Below are positions 55,076 through 64,000 of a stretch of DNA of 64,000 bases, piece after piece; positions within the stretch are counted from its first letter, which is position 1, and each line of letters begins with the position of its first letter. The stretch spans positions 1 through 64,000 of the forward strand of contig CBFFRP010000011.1 in the NCBI GenBank assembly GCA_965644295.1, written 5' to 3'. The notes under the pieces were generated by a model that had not been told where the DNA came from, made no database searches, and saw only the letters and a program-made list of their open reading frames with translations. The position numbers and the translations under genes were made by a program. Origin of the DNA: Paraphysomonas bandaiensis. Lineage: Eukaryota; Protista; Chrysophyceae.

Positions 55076-55869
55076 TTAATGACATGTGAAGCGAGTGATC
55101 TCCTCTTGAAACCATTGGCGTACCGACACGCAAGAAAATTCTGGGTGAAATGATGTGATATAAATTGATTCATCTAGACGAATAGCAGCTATCGTTCCTG
55201 GCATTTCATCTACTGGCGGTAACTTGTGAGTTTTCTTTTCTTTACAGCGAGAGCATTTACTTTTACCGGGAGGATTGCGAAAAGCACAACTTTTACAAAC
55301 CCAATCTACAGATTCCGTAGACACTATAGACTGTAAAAACCCAATAGCTTGCATGTGTTCTAATGCCGCATCTCCAACGTATTCTGCTCGCACTGTAATA
55401 TCGTCGTGTACTGCTTTCTTTTTACGAAATCTGAATAGTGGTCCGTTTTCGTAATAAACTCTTCCTGATATATATGACTGCTGGTCAGGCTCCGCAGCTT
55501 CTTCAGATGGCAAAAACATTTTGGCTTGAACACTTGCAGATATTCCACAGTTGGCCCATATATTGTCATTGACAAGTCGAATTTTGTTGGTGAAAAAGTT
55601 CATTTGTACGATCAAGCAGGCCCCTCCACATATGCCTATAAGCTTACCACCTTGCTTCACATATTCCTTCAAGATGCACCGTTTGTTCTTTCCTAATTCG
55701 GCTCTCCTCCAGGTATGACCACCAGGTCTTTCAGTCGCTTAGCTAACTTGTTGTCGTCAATGTTAACTATACGCACCCTCTTCACAATATCCATTTCACC
55801 AAACACAGATACCAAAGCATGGGCCGATGAATGGCTACATCCATTGCCGTCTAGGATACTTACTTCCAT
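55076..55869 (-). pseudogene. Class I glutamine-amidotransferase-like (BPL_N-like) protein with inserted RanBP2-type zinc finger; frameshifted
   Basis: ATG at 55869 reads to VVIPGGEPN*. The next frame gives AELG...EYVKQGGKLIGICGGA...YYENGP...WVCKSCAFRNPPGKSKCSRC...SFHPE. Confidence 0.65.
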
Positions 55870-56465
55870 TGCTTATATTGACTTAATAGGTAGCAAATTA
55901 TGGACAATACGAACATATAGTACGTCGTAGTTATTATATATGCAAGAAGTTTACTGGAAATGCTTCGTTCCCAGAACATGCAGATACTACGACAGTATGA
56001 CACGGTATTCTAATTGAAATCAATGGTCCAATGTGCGGGGTGAAAAATTAGGGGTATTCAAACAAAAAATCTAGAATTATGTGAAAATAGGCTTTTTTTC
56101 GTAAAATGTGCCTACTATTACATACACACCGCCCTTGTAGTACAGCAGTGTGTGAGTTGGTATCTTGCAGGAATTGACACCAAAAACTACACTACAACCC
56201 CCCAAAAAACAATGATTTTGACGGATTTTTGCGACCTCTCTACTCGTACATACAGTACACCAGTACAGCACACTGGTACAGCAGTCTACAGCAGCAGTAT
56301 ATGACAATGACAGCACACAGTACACCACACCATACATACATACACTGAGGCATCGAGCTGAGAGCTAACACCTCGACTCATCTTACATTCGACTCCTATC
56401 AACATTATGCTGCAGTGATCTGTGAGCTTCATATCCTGCGGCATGCTCGGTTAACTACTAACATA

Positions 56466-58739
56466 ATGGTAAGCACAACACAGCCGCCCTCTCATCTCAC
56501 ATACATACATACATATACAGGAAGTAAAACCACAAATCTCTTGGCCAACAGAAAAACCTCAATATGATCTTCGTATACGCATTGGGAATGGCGCATTTTC
56601 TTCTGTTTGGAAGGCTTCTTGTAAGTCAAACTCCACAGAGGTCGCTATCAAAATTATGGACTTAGAAAACATCAGCACGTCGTTTGAAGATATTCTCCAA
56701 GAAGTACAAACAATGCGCTTATGTGATGACCCAAATGTTCTTCGGTGTTACTGCAGTTTTGTTCATCTTGATGAACTGTGGTTGGTAACTCAGTTGATGG
56801 ACAAAGGGTCGTGTTTACGAGTTATGACCTGTGCGGCAGCTCTTAATATGGGAGAAGGTGACGACTAAAACTGTTACATCATAGTTTGTTTCTCTTTGTG
56901 CTACTGCTATAGAAAATTACGGCATCTGAATTGCCATTTTGAGAATTCATATGCTAGTATTGCTTCTACAGTGCTCACTAGAACTCTTGTTTGAAGGAAT
57001 GAATGAAGAATGGTTGGCATATATTCTGAAGGAGGCTCTCCAAGGTTTAAAGTATCTTCATGATAATGGTCAGATACATCGAGACATTAAAAGTGGCAAC
57101 ATTCTACTGGATTCTAGCGGTGGGGTTCGTATTGCGGACTTCGGGGTATCTGGATGGACTGTGGCGAGGGGTCAAAGACAAGAGACTGTTAAAACCTTTG
57201 TAGGTGCGTTTGATATCTTTTGAAAAGCTTCCGTTGCAGTGTGGGCATAGCTGTTTCTATTATATATAATGTCTAATTTCTACGCAGGTACACCATGTTG
57301 GATGGCGCCAGAAGTAATGGAGCAGGTGGATGGGTACGACAACAAGGCGGACATATGGTCTGTTGGTATAACTGCTCTAGAATTGGCGAAGGGATCCGCA
57401 CCATACGCGAAATACCCTCCAATGAGGGTACTTGTGCTTACTATAGAGGAGGATCCACCCTCTTTAAAGTCATACGATAACGACAGGTATAGCATGTATA
57501 GTGGCAGCGCTCGTTTAGAATCAACAGTCTAATATATAATGCTACCTACATTGCTGTTGCTCATAATAGTTAATGTAGACAACGTACTGGGGCGCCTTTT
57601 TCCCGTACGTTTGAAGATTTTGTAAAGAAATGTCTTTGCAAAGTTGCCAGGTGGGTGTACGATAACACTGTATATTCATTCAAGTATATACTATTTAACG
57701 ATCAATGACAGCTCGAGGCCTTCTGCAGGAGAACTACTCAAACACAGATTCTTGAGGGGACGTACACCGGACGCGCTTGTTCACCAACTATTGGATCATA
57801 TCAGCACTGTAGGCTCAGATGTGGAACTGCACTCTGGTACAATACCGCGTTGTGTTTATGATACAACTCACTTACCTGAGTTTACTTTCGTATGATGCTG
57901 TCTGTGTATATGTTGTTTTCCTGTATCACGTGTATTCTCTACAGCAGAGTCAACGACACAGAAATCTGATGGGGATTCCGGAGAAGGTGGAAACGTCGGC
58001 CTCTCATCTACATCAGAGGAAACTTCAACGTAAGCGTTGATTGTTTTCCGTCTGTAAATTCCTTATTGCTGTTTTTGTGGGAGCAGGGTTAGGTTTAAGC
58101 TTGAGGAACCAGATAAACCATTCGTATCTGGAGCAACATGGGTTTTCGATACAGGGGCCTCAGGTAGAGATAATACATTGTAACAACTGAGTTGATCTGT
58201 GCATGCTGTGTACATATGACTGAATAGCTATTTACTTACATGCGTTTTCTTCGTCAGGTGTGTATGATGGCGGAAACTCGAGTAAGGAAGTCTCTACGAT
58301 AGATGAGTTCATGGATCACTTTGATGAAGAGGCGGCTACAATTAGAACTCCTAAAGAGGTAATATGCAGGCAGCCATTTGTAGTTGGTATTGTGACACTT
58401 CTGATGAATCAGAAAAATGACACTAGTAATCGAAGTACCGCCCCGACTGACGTCGGTTCGGGACCTAATGACCCACCTCCAGCACCTGTTACAAACGCCT
58501 CCACATCACAAGCTACAGAATCGATAGAGGATACGGATGTGTACCAGTGAGTATCAGTGCATGTAACATACAGACTGTTACTATCCATGATGTATAATGC
58601 TATACTTTACGACCTATTTGGGTTGCTGGTGGATAGTTGAAAGTATCATGGATAGTTTATCTAATGTTAGCACATGTTTGACAGAACAAAAGACTTCCTT
58701 GATGAACTCGAAGAAGAGCTGGGCAGCACCGACGCATAG
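56466..58739 (+). CDS. STE20-family Ser/Thr kinase, OSR1/SPAK/fray-like (multi-exon)
   Basis: [49 protein letters not shown] and [17 protein letters not shown]. Confidence 0.92.
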
Positions 58740-59106
58740 CTATCTTTCCCATTCTTAGTACTATATCCTGTTAACCCTCAACTGATCGGACGAATTTTTT
58801 CAGTGACAATTCTGATATTTAAACACAAAGGGATAAATAGATAAAATAACTGTGGTAGTATACATTCTATTTCTAGCAGTTGAGTGAGATGGTATGTATG
58901 AGTTTGACTAGGTAATTATTGGTGCCTACGAGCTGGTTAACTGAAGCGATATTGAATAATTAAATTTGAGCACCCCTATCTTCAAAACTACGCTAGAATA
59001 TTTAAAAATTAGTAATTAAGGGAGCACTATACACTATACTATCTATTATGAGTATTAGAATGAGCGGGCGGTAGTATCTACTTTAAGTTAGGTATTAATG
59101 GCCATT

Positions 59107-59158
59107 TTGCCGGGAACTGGACTACCATTAATGGGCCATTAACGGTTACCAGGCCCTG
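59107..59158. repeat. Partial copy (right end) of the 16943-17080 MITE family
   Basis: TTGCCGGGAACTGGACTACCATTAATGGGCCATTAACGGTTACCAGGCCCTG. Confidence 0.75.
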
Positions 59159-59593
59159 GGTTATTCTATACTATGAGCTCTCTACTGTCTACTGTATATG
59201 CTTGCATTGGTACATATTCCATGTTTGAAAGGATTCAATTATTATGAATATAGACTCTATGAATCAAGATCTACTCGATAACGTGCCAATTGTGTGATAG
59301 ACTTACTATTGATGATATATATCAGAAACCGCTACAGAGATAATAGATTAGCAATCATGATGAGAATATGAGAACACGATGATGCAGATGCGCCAGGGAG
59401 TAGTCCAGTGTACAAGGACGCCCCGTCGACCTGGGAACATAAATATTAACACGGATGAAGCAGAAGTGAAGAGGAGTGATGCACACAATGTGCCACATTC
59501 CACCACAGGAGGAAAAGAAGCAAGGGACACTGGCAGCGGACCGATGCCAGGTGCACGTTGTATTTTATGCTAATACCATATTGTGACTAGTTA

Positions 59594-60944
59594 CTATTTA
59601 CATTCTAATATCACTTCAGACATATCACTACTTACAATACTTTGTACTGTCTCAATTCTACCTAATAAACAAGCAAGATCAATAAAAGTCCGTCCCAACT
59701 TATCTTTAGCAGCCTTATCAACTCTCCGTGTCTTCAACATATACGACAGAGCATTCCACGCACACATGTCTACGCATACATGGAGACATGTATATCCCTC
59801 CTTATTCGATGCAGGTGCCATGATGTCTGTATCGGATATATACGGAAGAAGCAGCTCTATAAGATCCACCTTATCGTAAGAGCAAAATTTATGAAGAGCA
59901 GAATATCCAGTCATATCACACCCCACTGGATCGATGTCATTTCTGAGCAATAGATTGGCGACTACGTCGGGGTCCCCTGGATATTCAATATATTTGGAAA
60001 GTGCAGTAACTCTAGAGGAGACTGAGTGGTGAAGTGACAATGATACCGGAGAAGTCATAACTGAGTTTTCTCGTGCTATACAATCACTCTCGTGAATATT
60101 TCGTTCATCTACATTTGGTTGCGGAATGCAATCTGCTTTCGAAACTGAATGAAGTGACGAAAAGATGTGCTTCTCTTTCACAACAGGTACTGTTTTAGAC
60201 GACGCTTTGGCTTCCAATATTTTTTTCCGAAATTCTTCACCCAATAACTTATTCATCTCATTTTTATAATGATGACTATTGGGGTAGTGTGGGTTACCGT
60301 CGTCATCATCGATAGAATCTCCATCGGTCGAACAATATGTGGCAATGTCTGTATCCGTTATGTACACATGGAACACTTTAGTGACATTGTCGTAGCCATT
60401 CTCCATTGCAACCTGAAGGATGCATTTAGTCCGAAACTACAATAAAGTACCACTGAATATATTACCTTATATGCGGAGCGCTTCCAATTATCACGTAACT
60501 TATAATCTACACCTCTCTTAAGTAGAATTTCAACAATATCCGCATTGCCTGCAGCTGCAGCAACATGAAGAGCCGTCTCTCCCCATTTATTACCTTCATC
60601 AAAAAACTTTAAATCTTGTATATTATCAACTAAATATCTCGTAACTCGTATCGAGTTGGATGCAGTGGCGATATGCAGACATGTCATGCCGTTCATAGTC
60701 TTCATGTCTCTTAGCTGATCCGATAGATCATACAGTCGAATAAACACAGAGATGTCGTCATTATATGCCGCCCAGTGAAGTGCAGTGTACCCTAATGACT
60801 GTGACTGAAAGAATGCGTGTAATATAGTACACTATAAGCACCTTTAGCGTCTGTTTCATACAAGGATCCGTCGCTTATAGTCGTCTCTAAGAAGGAGTTA
60901 ACACGATCAATGCTACCGCTCTTAACTGCAGTTAGTAAATCCAT
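59594..60944 (-). CDS. Ankyrin-repeat protein (3 exons)
   Basis: GYTALHWAA, GMTCLHIA, GETALHVAA, GYSALH and GYTCLH. Start MDLLTAVKSG assumed. Confidence 0.85.
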
Positions 60945-61339
60945 CCCACGGGATTGTGAATCAATCAATACTCAGATATACTGGAGAGTAATGGCATCGA
61001 TATCTTACAGTCACCTCCTCCCACTGCCTGTATATCATACATGTATTTATATATGGTGTTATTTTTCATGTGTTTTTAATCTGAATTCTAGGATTTTCAT
61101 GAAAAGTTACAATTTCTATGTATAAAATCGACTATTTTCTTGATCGGGTTTATTTTTTGTAACTTCCTCCTATTTTACTTGGTGTCAACATGCATATCAC
61201 TCTGCTGTATGAGGAACCCCATAATGGAAACATGAATCCCTCATTGTTCACATACCGAATATGACGAACTGATATCCACCCTGAATATCACTATCAATCA
61301 GTGTGTTTCTTAGTATATGAAATGTTTGAAATCAGTGGT

Positions 61340-62187
61340 ATGGGAAAACCCCTAATAAATAGGTCACAAATAACCACTCCAACCATACCAAAAACTCGAT
61401 ACAAGACGAAGTCATCTCTTCCACCAATAAAAACACAGAATCATTCCAAACTTCAAAATAAAATTAACAAATCAAATACTTTATCTACAAAATCTATAAA
61501 ATCTATTGGAAGAAACAAGTCAAAACCTAAAATATCCCCAAAGAAGGCGATATCTTTATACGAAGAAGCTGAGAATCTTCTGAGAACACCTGCAGATCAT
61601 TCCAATGGGGGATGTGGGACCGTTAGAGTGAGATTTAACCATTATAGTAAAGAGTTTCCTGTTCATAATGGAGTGTTAAGATGGGAAGATGTTGATAATG
61701 AATACTGTATCTCTTTTGTATATCGTGGAGACTATGTACGTGATTTGTATAAGGAAGAAGCCATCAGTGATAGTCCAGGTAACCACACTTACATGCTACG
61801 TACACTTACATGCTCCATACACTCCATGCACTCCTTATTATCTCACTGTATAATTGATGTTGCAACTTAGGGATACAGGGCAAAGTGTCTGCAGTTTCCG
61901 CTACACGTGATCCAGCTGGAGTGTATTTCTTACGCCTCACTGCTGGAAATCAGTACCGTCTCACCTTACAGGAAGATCCTCAGGCAGGTATAGGGGCAGA
62001 AGGGCTACGTATCACAAAAGGACCACTTGTACTTTCAAAATCCCACAGCGGGGACGTGAAAAGTGGCAATGCTGCCGTAGTTGAAATAACGAAGAGCTTA
62101 CTGCAGATGAATGCCTCTGACTTGCATACTGAGGAGGCTAAATTGCTCCGCGAACAGAGAGATATTGAAGATGTGCTCTTCTCTTGA
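61340..62187 (+). CDS. Hypothetical protein (2 exons)
   Basis: ORFs 61301-61870 and 61885-62187 with an intervening GT-AG intron. Basic N-terminus and VRVRFNHY motif. Confidence 0.6.
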
Positions 62188-63382
62188 CAGTGGTACACGT
62201 ATTCATTTCTCTTTTCGTATTTGAGCAATAGATACTAATTATATAATGGATATCTTGTTTGTTATAGTTATGTACTGAGCTGTATTCCTCTGAATTTTTG
62301 TGTATTTGTAATTATTAGTTTTCGATTGTATATTTTTCATTTACAATAATTCCAAGTAATGTATGTATTTTAAGATGATACCGTATGTATCGTTATTCTG
62401 TGCTGTCAAGCTGAATAAGTAAACGTGTTTGAGCGATGTTTGTAGAAAGGTATGATAGAACTGTTGTGCACTGAAATACGAATCATATGAAAAGATTTTT
62501 TCATGAAGAAACTAAAAGTATGCTGTAAAGCTTGAAGTGTTTCGAATGAAGGCTTATATGAAATATGAAGAATTTAGGAGAATCAATGAGATTATAGATA
62601 TAATTGCAGAGCAAGGTTACGATATCGAAAACTAAATTTAACATAAGTCAAGAATGCAAGAATTCGGATATAAACATATTGATGACCTTCCGTGTGGCAT
62701 TAATGCTCTATGGCTAGACTGGGTTGGATGGTTGGATAACCACTGTTCGTGTCCTGTTATCCACTGTTCATCAGAAAAATAACATAGCGCCCAAGTAGAA
62801 AATAATCGAATGCTAACTCTGCAAAGTTTCGAAAAGTAATATAGAGTGACAAGGCTGAGTACTAAGTATATAATTTACAGGGCTGCGTAACAATTAATTG
62901 AATTGCAGTTAATTTCATTTAAATTTCATGGAGTATACATCGAGCAATTAAATTGCAATAATTGTAATGTTTACTATTTAGTATATAGCCCTATAAAGTC
63001 TTCTCCAGTAAACTTCTCCAGCCTTAAAGTCAATATATATATATATAATAAGAACATATATATATATATCATCCATCATCACTATCATCATTATGTCTCA
63101 TTATCGATAATCATGTCTTTCTTTGTCTTTGAATGATTATGTAAATATCAATGATAAGCATGAATTGTCATAGTCATAATATATCGTATATGTATATATC
63201 TTCGTGTGAGTTATGGCAATAATAATAATAATAATAATATTCAATCTATGTTGCACAGATAGTATGTACAAACTTAAGCATATACAATAAAGAGCTTGTG
63301 GAATAGAATAACCTGATAGATTGGTTATTACATTACAAGTTAAAACGGCTTCATATTGACCGCACGAAACGATATAGTTATA

Positions 63383-63500
63383 TTTAACCACGGGCAATAA
63401 GGAGGCTATATCGTCCCGCGCTCAAAATTTTGAAACGAGGGCGAAAAGCCCGAGTTTTATAATTTAGACAAGGGACGATACTCCTTATCCCTAGGTTAAA
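63383..63500. mobile_element. Palindromic non-autonomous element
   Basis: Arms TTTAACC..GGG..ATAAGGAG..TATCGTCCC / GGGACGATA CTCCTTAT CCCTAGGTTAAA, with central GAGGGCGAAAAGCCCGAG. Confidence 0.6.
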
Positions 63501-64000
63501 TTGTAGCTTATCCTCATGACGTCGAAAAGTTAATATTAGATTGTATAGCTATTTGTAGCATGCTTGCTGTATTAAGAAATAGATGTTCCTTGATTAACAT
63601 TAAGAACACAAATGAGAACTCATATAGTTTCAAATGAATGATATGTATACTGTAAGTGTGATGATAAATGTAAACAGTTGAAGATGAAAGAGAGGCTTCT
63701 TATTGCCTTAATTAGCATCATCATCACATTTATATACAGCAGGCTTTACCTCTGCAAGTGCACCTGATCGAAAGATGTGTGTATGCTACGAAACACACAA
63801 TATCCTGAGAAGCATGATATGGCTCCAACCCTGAAAGAACTGGGTGCCACAGCTCCTAACCACCTATATAGCATTAGATATGGTACTTAAACTCTCCTGT
63901 AATATTCTTGAAGTTGTTTCGAAGTCCTGGATAAGAAGACAGGTCACTTGCACTGACCTCGTTATGATCTTCTATACAGCAGTCGAAGGATGGAATATAA

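Noticed and set aside
59379-59573. 64-aa plus-strand ORF
   Set aside because: No motif or splice support, and it overlaps the probable 3' UTR of the ankyrin gene.

Overview
Gene-dense eukaryotic nuclear DNA with many short (about 45-80 nt) GT-AG introns; gene content and style suggest a protist, plausibly a stramenopile (inference only). About 19 host genes are present, almost all arranged as head-to-head pairs. They include a cyclin-Y/PHO80-like cyclin, an ERG24/LBR-type sterol reductase, a double-domain pectin acetylesterase/Notum-like protein, MCM4, an SR splicing factor, a GPT2/SCT1-type GPAT, AP-4 epsilon, an SLC17 transporter, HGSNAT, OGT/SEC, a GATase1-like plus RanBP2-finger gene, an STE20 kinase and an ankyrin protein. 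Mobile DNA comprises a 5'-truncated RT-RNaseH-CCHC non-LTR retrotransposon (17342-21920) with a 10-bp TSD and no poly(A), a decayed gag-like/LTR-like element at the left edge, several MITE-like elements and two (CATA)n arrays. The most striking observation is a roughly 140-nt, apparently structured sequence (72/75 identical core) shared between the LINE 3' UTR and the LTR-like leader of the unrelated gag element, with further LINE-tail copies at about 37.6 kb and 46.9 kb. Exon boundaries were read by eye and gene coordinates are outer limits.
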